From Candidatus Poribacteria bacterium (lineage in GTDB: Bacteria; Poribacteria; WGA-4E; WGA-3G): DNA of 64,000 bases. Shown in pieces: positions 48,462 through 58,145 of this stretch. The position numbers and the translations under genes are program-made. Within the stretch, counting starts at the first letter, position 1, and each line of letters opens with the position of its first letter. The stretch spans positions 1,440,001-1,504,000 of the forward strand of contig CAXXLX010000001.1 in NCBI GenBank assembly GCA_963665235.2, in the 5' to 3' direction. A model generated the notes under the pieces. The model had not been told where the DNA came from and did not search any database. It worked only from the letters and a program-made list of their open reading frames with translations.

Positions 48462-49265
48462 ATGAATCCATTAAAATTCCTTAAGAACAAGATTGAAAAA
48501 AGATTTTACAGTGCTTACCAAAAACGGTTGGAAGCAGAAGCGGGCACGTGGAACATTCCACGCCATATCGGTGTTATCCTCGATGGAAACCGCCGCTACG
48601 CCAAAGCCACCGGCTTGGATAACGTCATTAAGGGACATTACCAGGGGGCAGACAAACTTGAAGAAGTCCTTCATTGGTGCGATGAACTCGGCGTGGAAAT
48701 CTTCTCAATCTGGATCTTCTCGCTTGATAACTTCAAGCGTGCCGACGATGAGGTCGAGGGCATCCTCGGATTAATTGAAAGAAAACTGCGGGAATTGGTC
48801 ACCATTGAAGGGCTCCATGCAAACCAGATTAAGGTGCGGGCAATGGGACAAATTGAGTTGCTACCGCCAAGCCTTCAGGAAGCAATCCGGCAGGCTGAAG
48901 AAGCAACCCAAAATTATGACAAGTTTATCCTTAATGTAGCTGTCGCTTATGGCGGACGTGAAGAAATTATTGAAGCGTTCCGAGGACATCTAAAAGCGGA
49001 GATTCAAAACGGCAAAGATGCTGAACAGATTCTAGAGGAATTGAGCGTCGATAAAATCGCTCCATATCTCTATACATCTAATCTGCCTGACCCCGAATTG
49101 ATTATTCGCACCAGTGGGGAGGTACGGCTCTCCGGATTTTTGCTGTGGCAGAGCGTCTATTCAGAGTTCTATTTTTGCGATACCTATTGGCCCTCGTTTC
49201 GGAAGATAGACTTTCTCCGGGCGCTGCGTGCTTACAGTGAACGCAAACGCCGATTCGGGCAATAA
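48462..49265 (+). CDS. uppS: cis-prenyltransferase (UppS family)
   Basis: HIGVILDGNRR, FSLDNFKR, YGGREEI, IRTSGEVRLSGFLLWQ. Confidence 0.9.
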   Translation: MNPLKFLKNKIEKRFYSAYQKRLEAEAGTWNIPRHIGVILDGNRRYAKATGLDNVIKGHYQGADKLEEVLHWCDELGVEIFSIWIFSLDNFKRADDEVEGILGLIERKLRELVTIEGLHANQIKVRAMGQIELLPPSLQEAIRQAEEATQNYDKFILNVAVAYGGREEIIEAFRGHLKAEIQNGKDAEQILEELSVDKIAPYLYTSNLPDPELIIRTSGEVRLSGFLLWQSVYSEFYFCDTYWPSFRKIDFLRALRAYSERKRRFGQ

Positions 49266-49281
49266 ATTAGAGGAGGAAACA

Positions 49282-50424
49282 ATGAAATGTAGAAAAAAAC
49301 CGCTACGTATCCTTAAGGTTTGCGCGATTCTCCTATTTTGCGGAATGACTGCCGCAATCGCACAGACCCCTGAAAGAATTGCACAAGATGCCAGAGCCGC
49401 CACCGTCCTTTTGGAAATGAAAAAAAATAGAGGCGGAAATCCACAAGGCAGTGGATTCTTCATCGGCAATGGACTAATTGCAACTAACTACCACGTTATC
49501 GAAGGTGCCACAGCAGGCACGGTGAAGTTGGTAAATGCGAAAGAACGGTTTGACATCCAAGGCTACACCGCAATTGATAAGCAACGGGACCTCGCCATCG
49601 TAAGCGTTGCAAACCTTCAGGCACCAAGACTTCCGCTCGGCAACAGTGACACAGTGAGGGTAGGTGAAACTGTCTACACAATAGGCAACCCGCGAGGTTT
49701 AGAGGGCACATTTGCAGCAGGACATATCAGCAACATTCAACGGCGGGAAACCCCGCAAGGCACAGATAAAATGCTCCAAATTACCGCACCGATTTCACCC
49801 GGAAGCAGCGGCGGTGCTGTCCTTAATACCAGCGGTGAAGTCATCGGAATCGCTGTTGAAACCCGAGACGATGGGCAAAACCTCAACTTCGCTATCCCCG
49901 TAAACGTCCTTAAGCAACTGCTTAGAAATATGGGACCCGTAACATCGCTTGCTGCAGATGCCCCATTAATCTCCAAAAATCCCGGACCTAACCTCCTAGG
50001 GCTACTTCTTCTCAGCGCAGTCGCTTTCTGTATCATCAAGTTTATACCAACAGTGAATGCAGAGAATTTGTTAATAACTATAGGGGTTGCAATCGGACTT
50101 GGTGTTATCAAAACCCTTACTATAACTATTATGACACACCCTATAGTGCCTACAATGGCAGCGGAGAGCTTCAAAACGTTTCTCACAGCGAGCCCGCCTG
50201 ATAATTTGATTCATGCATTAGAGGAGTGCAATAACTGCTTTCAGCAACTCCTTTTTTCTATCATAAAAGTCCCCACTTACATTATAGGCATGGCTTTTCT
50301 GCTTGGGATTGCCAATAAAGCTATTCCCGGTTTTAAGCTTGAGGGATTTTTCAATACATTTTTTGTGGCAGCACTCATCGTCGGGGGTGAAGTTGTTTTA
50401 CTTTTGCTGATTCCTTGGTTCTAA
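49282..50424 (+). CDS. Trypsin-like (S1C) serine protease fused to a YvlD/4-TMS-holin-like membrane domain
   Basis: Signal peptide; ATNYHV, DLAI, GSSGG triad; C-terminal hydrophobic domain ending IPGFKLEGFFNTFFVAALIV. Confidence 0.75.
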   Translation: MKCRKKPLRILKVCAILLFCGMTAAIAQTPERIAQDARAATVLLEMKKNRGGNPQGSGFFIGNGLIATNYHVIEGATAGTVKLVNAKERFDIQGYTAIDKQRDLAIVSVANLQAPRLPLGNSDTVRVGETVYTIGNPRGLEGTFAAGHISNIQRRETPQGTDKMLQITAPISPGSSGGAVLNTSGEVIGIAVETRDDGQNLNFAIPVNVLKQLLRNMGPVTSLAADAPLISKNPGPNLLGLLLLSAVAFCIIKFIPTVNAENLLITIGVAIGLGVIKTLTITIMTHPIVPTMAAESFKTFLTASPPDNLIHALEECNNCFQQLLFSIIKVPTYIIGMAFLLGIANKAIPGFKLEGFFNTFFVAALIVGGEVVLLLLIPWF

Positions 50425-50502
50425 ACGCAGTATCTGTAGGTCGGCTCGAACGCAGAGAAATCCGACAAATAACTAGACGCAAACACAAGAGGGAGCGAAC
50501 AC

Positions 50503-51279
50503 ATGCGATTTGGGGTTTGTACCGGTTTACAAAACGTCAACCGGCTCGCGGAGGTCGGATATGACTATATTGAACTAGGCGTGCGAAGCGCGCTTATGCC
50601 AGAAGCAGATGAAACCGAATTTCAGAAAATCAGAGAGCAGGTAGCAGAATCCCCGCTGAAACCTGAAGCGTACGCGGGGTTTATTCCGCGAGACTTACGC
50701 GTCGTAGGCGACGCAGTGGATTTGCCTAGATTGTCCCACTATGTAGAAACCGCATGCCGCCGCGCCAGCAGCCTCGGAGGAAAAATAATCGTCTACGGAA
50801 GCAGCGGCTCCCGTAACGTAGCAGACAACTATCCACACGAACGCGCTCTGGCACAGATTGCCGAATTTCTCGATATGGCCGCCGACCATGCCGAAGCACA
50901 CAGTATCACGATTGTTATTGAACCGATCTGCTGGAAAGAGGGGAATATCCTCCGCACCGTCGCAGATGGACTCGCTATGGCACAACGGGTCAACCGAAAA
51001 GGCATTAAGGCATTAGCCGACCTATACCACGTCTGGCAGGAAGACGAACCGATGCAAAACATTGTTGATGCCGCATCGGTGTTAGCACACGTACATATCG
51101 CTGAACCTGTCAAACGTTCGTACCCCGGCAACGATGATTTCGATTTCACCGACTTTTTCGCAGCACTCCAAGAAGCGGGATACACCGGACGTATCTCCTG
51201 TGAATGCAAATTTGATAACTTCGATGTAGATGTTGAAACCGCCTTGAAAACGATGAAACGCTATAAAAACGGAACTTAA
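50503..51279 (+). CDS. Sugar phosphate isomerase/epimerase (xylose-isomerase-like TIM barrel)
   Basis: GYDYIEL, VIEP, ADLYH, HVHIAE, ISCE. Confidence 0.88.
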   Translation: MRFGVCTGLQNVNRLAEVGYDYIELGVRSALMPEADETEFQKIREQVAESPLKPEAYAGFIPRDLRVVGDAVDLPRLSHYVETACRRASSLGGKIIVYGSSGSRNVADNYPHERALAQIAEFLDMAADHAEAHSITIVIEPICWKEGNILRTVADGLAMAQRVNRKGIKALADLYHVWQEDEPMQNIVDAASVLAHVHIAEPVKRSYPGNDDFDFTDFFAALQEAGYTGRISCECKFDNFDVDVETALKTMKRYKNGT

Positions 51280-51294
51280 CTTTACGCAGCGCAA

Positions 51295-52269
51295 TTGTCG
51301 CATCAACACTCTCGGGAGGTGACGTTTATCCTCACACGTGAACAAGGCAGAGTTATCCGTGCCCGAACCGGCTCTTACGATGTCCAGCACGGTGAACTTG
51401 TCCTACGATGCACACTCCGCGGTACCCTAAAACGGAAAAGACGTTCTGAAACCGGACGCAGGCTTTACGCCGATCCTGTCGCTGTCGGAGACCGGGTTAT
51501 TTTTACCCAGCTCGATGCGGAGGAGGGCGTGGTAGAGGAAATTCTGCCTCGCGAAACCAAATTCTCACGGCAATACGCAGGGAGAGATAAAACCGTTGAA
51601 CAGATTATTGTCGCCAATGCCCATCAAGTCGTAGCTGTGGTTTCAACGCGGATGCCGCCCCTTAACTTTCGGACGCTAGATAGATTTCTGATTCTTGCAG
51701 AAGCGGGGGACATGGCAGCTATTATCTGTCTCAATAAGATAGACCTCGTGGATTCAGCACAGCATGCCCAACTCGCTGCGACCTTCACAACCTATCAGAA
51801 ACTCGGTTATCAGGTTGTCTATACAAGCATCAACGTGCCTGCCAGTGTGGAACATCTCAAGGACGTGCTGAAAGACAAGTTCAGCGTTATCGTTGGGGCA
51901 TCCGGTGTTGGAAAATCGAGTCTTCTGAATGTCATACAACCGGAGCTCGGTTTGCGAACAGGTGAAGTCGGCCAGAAGACACGGAAAGGACGACACACGA
52001 CGACGCATGTTGAACTGTTCACGCTTGACATAGGCGGGGAGGTCGCTGACACCCCCGGCATCCGGGAAGTCGGTTTGTGGGGTGTAGATACAGAAAACCT
52101 GGAATACTATTTTCCGGAAATGGTCCCCTACCTCGGAACTTGCAAGTACAACGATTGCGCGCATGTCAAAGAACCGGATTGTGCAATCCAGCAGGCAATC
52201 GAAACCGGGGAGATACATCCAGAGCGGTATCGGAGTTACGTTGTCCTGAAAACAGGCGACGCGCCGTAG
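51295..52269 (+). CDS. rsgA: Ribosome small subunit-dependent GTPase A
   Basis: NKID, GASGVGKSS, GRHTTT, DTPG, CKYNDCAHVKEPDC. Confidence 0.96.
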   Translation: MSHQHSREVTFILTREQGRVIRARTGSYDVQHGELVLRCTLRGTLKRKRRSETGRRLYADPVAVGDRVIFTQLDAEEGVVEEILPRETKFSRQYAGRDKTVEQIIVANAHQVVAVVSTRMPPLNFRTLDRFLILAEAGDMAAIICLNKIDLVDSAQHAQLAATFTTYQKLGYQVVYTSINVPASVEHLKDVLKDKFSVIVGASGVGKSSLLNVIQPELGLRTGEVGQKTRKGRHTTTHVELFTLDIGGEVADTPGIREVGLWGVDTENLEYYFPEMVPYLGTCKYNDCAHVKEPDCAIQQAIETGEIHPERYRSYVVLKTGDAP

Positions 52270-52312
52270 AGGTTAGCAAATACTATAAAAATTTTACAAA
52301 CCCATTTTTTTC

Positions 52313-52351
52313 TTGACAGAGTTAAGTTTTTTGTGTATAATAATTAACGTA
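52313..52351 (+). promoter_or_regulatory. sigma70 promoter with an adjacent palindromic operator
   Basis: TTGACA-17 nt-TATAAT (52313-52341); perfect palindrome CGTAACATGTTACG at 52348-52361. Confidence 0.7.
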
Positions 52352-52486
52352 ACATGTTACGCGGAATGTGCGTTTCTTTATCGATGCCCTGGCAAAAAGG
52401 TAAAGCGGGCAAAAATAACAGAAACCGCTCCTTTCGCATCGAACGTAATCAAAAAATTTTTTACATACATGAGGAGGAATTAACTC

Positions 52487-53269
52487 ATGCGGTTTACGAT
52501 TTATCTGTTTATTGCGACACTGTTTTGTGTTGGCGGTATTCTTCCCACACACGCTGCGTTAGAAGACGGCTTAATCCTCTACTTCAACTTTGACAGAGAG
52601 GTTGATGGCACTGTTCTTGATGCTACTGAGGGAAAGAATAACGGAACGCTCCTAAACGCAAGTATTACAACAGACGAAAAGAAAGTTGGACTCGCCTCTC
52701 TGGAAATGTTGGATGAGAATGCCAGCTTAGAGGTTGAATCTTTTCCAGAGTTGGAAGAATATCAGGACAACAGCTTTGTGTTCTGGCTCCACTTCATTCA
52801 GGGACATAACGGTGCTTGGAGCCAAATTTTCGCAAAGAAAGCCCCCGGTTCCGACCGCTCCCCCGGCGTATGGACATGTCCGAATTCTTTGAACATTCAC
52901 TACCGGTTCAATCCCGGAAACCAGGGTTCAGGTTGTGCTGGGCCTGGTGGAGAAAATGAACAGTTTACAACCGGTACATGGCATCACATTGCTGGTGTCA
53001 AAGAGGGTGGCAAATTCCGTTTTTACATCGATGCCGAGCTCGCTGGCGAATATGACGTGCCAGCAGAACATGCCCAAGGTGAAGAGAAGTTATACCTCGG
53101 TAAAACAGGATATAGGTCCGCAACCTTCTACGTTGATGACTTTTTTGTTTTCAACCGAGCCCTCGGTAGCTCTGAAGTAGAAGATATCATGAACGGTTTA
53201 CTTATTTCTGTTGAACCTCGCGATAAGTTGACAACAACTTGGGGAGCTCTCAAAACAACGCGGGATTAA
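52487..53269 (+). CDS. Secreted LamG-like jellyroll protein with C-terminal tail
   Basis: LILYFNFD, WHHIAGV, VDDFFVFNRAL; tail SVEPRDKLTTTWGALK. Confidence 0.88.
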   Translation: MRFTIYLFIATLFCVGGILPTHAALEDGLILYFNFDREVDGTVLDATEGKNNGTLLNASITTDEKKVGLASLEMLDENASLEVESFPELEEYQDNSFVFWLHFIQGHNGAWSQIFAKKAPGSDRSPGVWTCPNSLNIHYRFNPGNQGSGCAGPGGENEQFTTGTWHHIAGVKEGGKFRFYIDAELAGEYDVPAEHAQGEEKLYLGKTGYRSATFYVDDFFVFNRALGSSEVEDIMNGLLISVEPRDKLTTTWGALKTTRD

Positions 53270-53294
53270 CACACAACAGTTCGCATAAACCAAC

Positions 53295-53329
53295 GAGAAG
53301 GGGGAAAAATGTTTTCCCCCTTTCTCTTT
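53295..53329 (+). terminator. Intrinsic terminator
   Basis: aagggggaaaa-atg-ttttccccctt followed by tctcttt. Confidence 0.7.
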
Positions 53330-53356
53330 AGCACTATTCCCTCCGGACGTTCATAT

Positions 53357-54676
53357 ATGTTAGCTTTCCGCCTATTTTTCTGCTGCTGCTTAGCCTTGTG
53401 CATGATTCAGTGGGGAACACCTTCGGTATGGGGTGAAACTGAGGAGGGGTTCAAAGACCCGCTTGCCCTTGGGCGCCGCTATCTACAAATGGAGCAGTAC
53501 GATAAGGCGTTGGCAGCGTTTGACGCTATCCGAAAACAGAACCCGAGTAGCCGTATTTACTGTTATATCGGCATCGTGTTTCAGGAACAGAATAGACTCA
53601 GCGATGCATTGGCAGCATACCAGAACGCACTTAGGTTTCAAGCTCCCCCGCCAATACACGGCAGTGCACACCTGCACCTCGGCATCGTCTATAAGGCACA
53701 AGGAAAATTACGATTTGCTGAGACACATCTTAAAGAAGCTGTTGAACTTACGCCAGAAGCAGCGGAAGCATATATCCACCTCGGAGAGGTTTATCTCCGC
53801 CAACGCCGATTGGACAAAGCAGCGGATGCCTATCGTCAGAGTATTCGATTGAACCCAAATTTTACCGAATCTTATTACGGATTGGGCAGAGTGACAGAGA
53901 TGCAAAACGATTTCGTCTCCGCTATTAACAACTATCGGCTCGCCATTAAGCGAAACCCTTACGACCCGCAACCGCATTACCGACTTGCAATGGCTTTTCG
54001 GCGGACACAGAAACAGAAAGAAGCACAAAACGCCATGGCACAGTTTAAACGGATGAAAACCTATTCTGACACTGTGCATCAGTTTCGGGAGGCGATTTAT
54101 AAGAATCCGAACATGCCGATGTTGTACGTGAAGCTCGGGGAACTGCACGAAAAATTCAGCAACTTTGCTGAGGCACAACGCGTCTATCAGACCGCGATAA
54201 CACTGCATCCCACCTTTGTACCTGCTTATCAGCAGCTCGGCGCAATTCTTATTGAGGAACGGGACCTGGAAAAAGCCGCAGCGGTTTATCATAAGCTAAC
54301 AGAAATCGCACCGAACGATGTTCAAGCCTGGCTGAAATTAGGGGTTATACATATTAACAGAAAACAGTTCAACGCAGCAATTGAGGCGTTCAAAAGTGCT
54401 ATTGCAGCGGATGATACAGCCGCAGAAGCGTATAACAATTTAGCACGGGTTTATGCAGGGCTCGGCACAGAGAAGACGCAAGCCGTTGTGCTCGCCAAGA
54501 GGGCAGTTGAATTATCCGCGATAGCAAAACATTACGATACCCTCGCTTACGCCTACTACCACAACCAGCAATATCCGGAGGCATTAGCAGCGATTAACAA
54601 GGCGGTCACCCTCGCGCCCCATGTAACGGCCTACGGAAGACTTCGCGCGAAAATACAGGAACACATTAAGGAGTGA
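53357..54676 (+). CDS. Secreted TPR-repeat protein
   Basis: Signal-like N-terminus; about ten TPR motifs (AYIHLGEVY...A..AY..SI.LNP). Confidence 0.88.
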   Translation: MLAFRLFFCCCLALCMIQWGTPSVWGETEEGFKDPLALGRRYLQMEQYDKALAAFDAIRKQNPSSRIYCYIGIVFQEQNRLSDALAAYQNALRFQAPPPIHGSAHLHLGIVYKAQGKLRFAETHLKEAVELTPEAAEAYIHLGEVYLRQRRLDKAADAYRQSIRLNPNFTESYYGLGRVTEMQNDFVSAINNYRLAIKRNPYDPQPHYRLAMAFRRTQKQKEAQNAMAQFKRMKTYSDTVHQFREAIYKNPNMPMLYVKLGELHEKFSNFAEAQRVYQTAITLHPTFVPAYQQLGAILIEERDLEKAAAVYHKLTEIAPNDVQAWLKLGVIHINRKQFNAAIEAFKSAIAADDTAAEAYNNLARVYAGLGTEKTQAVVLAKRAVELSAIAKHYDTLAYAYYHNQQYPEALAAINKAVTLAPHVTAYGRLRAKIQEHIKE

Positions 54677-54691
54677 CGATAGGATTTTAAC

Positions 54692-55264
54692 ATGGTGTCA
54701 AATAAAGAGATTTATGTGGTCGGTTTAGTCGGTAGCCTCCGTCAAGGCAGCACGACACATGCTGCGCTCTCGCTGGCTCTCGCTGGCGCGGCGGAGGTCG
54801 GCGCGGCGGTAGAATTGCTCTCACTGAACACATATCAACTCATCTTCCACGGGGCCATCGCCGATGAAGCCGATTATCCGCCCGATGTATTCAAACTGCG
54901 GGAGAAGGTGAAACGTGCTGATGGTATCCTGCTCGGAACACCGGAGTATCACGGCAGTTTCAGCGGTGTACTTAAAAATGCGTTAGACCTCATGGGATTT
55001 GACGAATTTGAAAATAAGGTTGTCGGATTAATTGGCGTTTCCGGGGGCAGAATGGGAGCTGGCAGTGCCCTGTCTATGTTGCGGACAGTGGCGACAACGC
55101 TACGTGCATGGGTTGTGCCAAACGACGTATCTATTCCACGTGCCGCCACAGCGTTCGATGAAAACGGCAATTTACACGATGTTGAATTGGCAACGCGGGT
55201 CAAAGCGGTCGGCCGACAGGTCGCCCAATTTGCCCGCCATTGGAATTCAGGTGTAGCAGAATGA
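54692..55264 (+). CDS. NADPH-dependent FMN reductase
   Basis: GSLRQGS, TPEYHGSFSGVLKNALD. Confidence 0.93.
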   Translation: MVSNKEIYVVGLVGSLRQGSTTHAALSLALAGAAEVGAAVELLSLNTYQLIFHGAIADEADYPPDVFKLREKVKRADGILLGTPEYHGSFSGVLKNALDLMGFDEFENKVVGLIGVSGGRMGAGSALSMLRTVATTLRAWVVPNDVSIPRAATAFDENGNLHDVELATRVKAVGRQVAQFARHWNSGVAE

Positions 55265-55947
55265 ACTCAATACATAACTGGCATGCATGGCTCGGCACCG
55301 ATGAAGCAGGAAAAGGCGATTACTTCGGTCCCCTCGTCGTTGCAGGCGTTTACGTAGATGCCCCCTGCCGCGAGGCTTTTGCAGGTTTGGGCATTGTTGA
55401 CAGCAAAGTGCTGTCAAACCGACGCATTAGAGATATGGCAGCGTGGATGCGGAACCATTATGAACGACACATCGTCGTTGTGCAAAAGATGCCGAACGCA
55501 TACAATTCGCTTTACAGCACGCTCCGCGAACAGGGAAAAAATCTGAATACACTGCTGGCAAGCCTCCATGCGGAAGCAATTCAAACGTTGCAAACCCGCC
55601 TCGGGGCAAAGCATGCCCTCGTCGATAGGTTTTCTAAAAATGATCTTCTCACGCCTCAACTGACACAAGGCGAAATAGAGGTGATACAGGTACCGAAGGC
55701 TGAAAGCGACATCGCAGTGGCTGCCGCCTCAATTATTGCACGCGACGTTTTTCTCACAGGTATGGAGAATTTATCTCAAAAATATAGGTTTCGATTGCCG
55801 AGAGGAGCCTATCGGGTTACGGAAGCGGGCAGAGAATTTATCAATATCCACGGACCGGAAGCGTTGGAAGATGTGGCAAAACTCCATTTTAGTTTAACGA
55901 AGACTATCCTCAATCCACAACAATTGCCTCTTTTTAAGGATGTATAG
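55261..55947 (+). CDS. rnhC: Ribonuclease HIII (catalytic domain only)
   Basis: GTDEAGKGDYFGPLVV, DSK, VDRF, KAES..AVAAASIIAR, AKLHF. Confidence 0.85.
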   Translation: MNSIHNWHAWLGTDEAGKGDYFGPLVVAGVYVDAPCREAFAGLGIVDSKVLSNRRIRDMAAWMRNHYERHIVVVQKMPNAYNSLYSTLREQGKNLNTLLASLHAEAIQTLQTRLGAKHALVDRFSKNDLLTPQLTQGEIEVIQVPKAESDIAVAAASIIARDVFLTGMENLSQKYRFRLPRGAYRVTEAGREFINIHGPEALEDVAKLHFSLTKTILNPQQLPLFKDV

Positions 55948-55949
55948 TC

Positions 55950-57128
55950 ATGCAGCAGCCAGAGAAACTCTTTATCGTTCATTACGCGGAAGTCGGGCTC
56001 AAAGGTAAAAACAGAGGGTTTTTTGAAAAGCAGCTCGCTGACAATATTAAGTTGTCCCTGCAAGGTACAGGATACGCCACAGTAGAGCGACTTCACGATA
56101 GAATTATAGTGAAGCTCCGGCAAGACGCAGACATAGCTGAAATTGAGAAACGGCTGCACCGCGTCATGGGAATTGCACATTTTGAGCTCGCGGCGCGAAC
56201 CGAAAAAGAGATTACAGCCATTAAAGAGATTGCCCTACAGCAAACCGCGGGGCGTACGTTTGAGACACTCAAAGTTGAAACGAAAAGGTCAGATAAAACC
56301 TTTCCGCTAACATCGCCTGAAATTAGTGCACAAGTCGGGGGTTATCTCATAGAAAAAACGGGCGCGCGGGCGGATATGCACACCCCCGATATGCGCTATT
56401 GGATAGAAATCGCACAAAACGCCGCTTATGTCTACACAGAAAAACGTCAAGGTATTGGCGGGCTCCCCGTTGGCGTGAGTGGGAAGGTGTTGGTTATGCT
56501 CTCCGGTGGTATAGATTCGCCTGTCGCCGCTTGGCAGATGATTAAACGCGGCGCGAAGGCGGTTTTTATTCACTTTTATAGCTACCCCTATACCGACAAA
56601 GCCTCGCTGGAGAAGGTCCTGGAGCTTACACATATCTTGTCGGAGCCAAACTATCGGAGCACAGTTTATCTTATTCCATTCGCTGAACTCCAACAAATTA
56701 TCGTGACAGAAACGCCTGCCCCGTTTCGAGTGCTGCTGTATAGACGGATGATGACCCGCATCGCACAACGGGTGGCAGCCCTCGTTGATGCGGAGGCACT
56801 CGTTACAGGCGAAAGTCTTGCACAGGTGGCCTCACAAACCCTCAGCAACCTTCGCGCAATTGAGGCAATTGCGGACATACCGATTCTCCGACCGCTCATC
56901 GGTGACGACAAGGCGGATATCATCGAAAAAGCACAACAGATAGGCACTTTTGAGATTTCTATACAGCCGCATCAGGACTGCTGCTCCCTCTTCGTTCCGA
57001 AACACCCAGCGACTCGCGCCTCACAGGCCGATTTAGACAAAGCGGAGGAGGGCCTAGATATAGAAACCCTTGTAGAATCAGCGATGAACGGTCTTGAAAA
57101 ACAGGTCATCAGCTTTTCTTATGCTTAA
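55950..57128 (+). CDS. thiI: tRNA 4-thiouridine synthase (no rhodanese domain)
   Basis: EVGLKGKNR, THUMP domain, LSGGIDSPVA, GESLAQVASQT, DCC. Confidence 0.95.
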   Translation: MQQPEKLFIVHYAEVGLKGKNRGFFEKQLADNIKLSLQGTGYATVERLHDRIIVKLRQDADIAEIEKRLHRVMGIAHFELAARTEKEITAIKEIALQQTAGRTFETLKVETKRSDKTFPLTSPEISAQVGGYLIEKTGARADMHTPDMRYWIEIAQNAAYVYTEKRQGIGGLPVGVSGKVLVMLSGGIDSPVAAWQMIKRGAKAVFIHFYSYPYTDKASLEKVLELTHILSEPNYRSTVYLIPFAELQQIIVTETPAPFRVLLYRRMMTRIAQRVAALVDAEALVTGESLAQVASQTLSNLRAIEAIADIPILRPLIGDDKADIIEKAQQIGTFEISIQPHQDCCSLFVPKHPATRASQADLDKAEEGLDIETLVESAMNGLEKQVISFSYA

Positions 57129-57142
57129 ACCGGTTCAAAAAA

Positions 57143-58138
57143 ATGGAAAGGATTTTACTCATTCGACTGAGTTCACTTGGGGACATCGTGCTGACAACCC
57201 CGGCAATTCGGGCTGTTCGTGCTCATTTTCCAAACGCGTACATTGCGATGCTGGTTGCTAAGCAATCGGCAGCGGTACTGCATGAAAATCCGCACCTCAA
57301 TGAAATAATCCAATTCGATAGACACGCCAAAGATAAGGATACCGGGGAGATGCTCCGAATTATCCGCACCTTGCGTCAACGGAAATTCGGGCTCACAATT
57401 GACTTTCAACACCGGTTCCGCACAGAGCTGTTAGCGTCCTTTAGCGGTGCCCCCGAACGCGTGGGCAAAAGTATACTCAGCACAATCCGAATCCCCCAGC
57501 ACGATAACAAACATGCCACTGAACGTTATTTTGACCTATTGCATGCCGCCGGCATTCCAGCCCAAAATCAGCAATTGGAGATGTTCCTCGCGAAGTCCGA
57601 AAAAGCGGAAGCCTGCCAGCAGTTTGAAGAAGCAGGCGTTGTAGATGAACGTTTGAAGGTGGGCATGTTCCCAGGCGCAGGATGGAAGCTGCGGGAATGG
57701 ATGCCGGAACGGTTCGCCGCTATCGGAGACAAATTAGTTCAGGATTTTAGTGCACAAGTGCTCATCTTCGGGGGCCCGAAGGAGATTGAACTTGTGAACA
57801 ACGTGGCGAATCTGATGAAAACGCGGGCATTTCCGTTTGCTGGCACACTTCAGATTCGGCAATTAGCGGCGTGTATTGAAAGATGCAATCTTTTTCTGAC
57901 AAACGATACCGGTCCAATGCACATCGCCTCAGCAGTTGGCACACCGACTGTGGCTCTTTTCGGTCCTGGCAATCACATCCGTTTTCAACCGCTCGGTGCC
58001 GCCCACACAACTATCCGCCACGATGTCCCGTGCAGCCCATGTAAACAGTTTACCGATAAATGTCAAAACAATATCTGTATGAAACGAATTACGGTAGATG
58101 AGGTTTGGGAGTCTATTTGTCATGCCCTCACCGGTTAG
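57143..58138 (+). CDS. GT9 LPS heptosyltransferase family
   Basis: RLSSLGDIVLTTP, NDTGPMHIA, LFGP, CSPC. Confidence 0.9.
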   Translation: MERILLIRLSSLGDIVLTTPAIRAVRAHFPNAYIAMLVAKQSAAVLHENPHLNEIIQFDRHAKDKDTGEMLRIIRTLRQRKFGLTIDFQHRFRTELLASFSGAPERVGKSILSTIRIPQHDNKHATERYFDLLHAAGIPAQNQQLEMFLAKSEKAEACQQFEEAGVVDERLKVGMFPGAGWKLREWMPERFAAIGDKLVQDFSAQVLIFGGPKEIELVNNVANLMKTRAFPFAGTLQIRQLAACIERCNLFLTNDTGPMHIASAVGTPTVALFGPGNHIRFQPLGAAHTTIRHDVPCSPCKQFTDKCQNNICMKRITVDEVWESICHALTG

Positions 58139-58145
58139 CCACGTT

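Noticed and set aside
52382-52441. c-di-GMP-I riboswitch
   Set aside because: GGCAAA motifs are present, but the GNRA tetraloop/receptor two-stem architecture is not.
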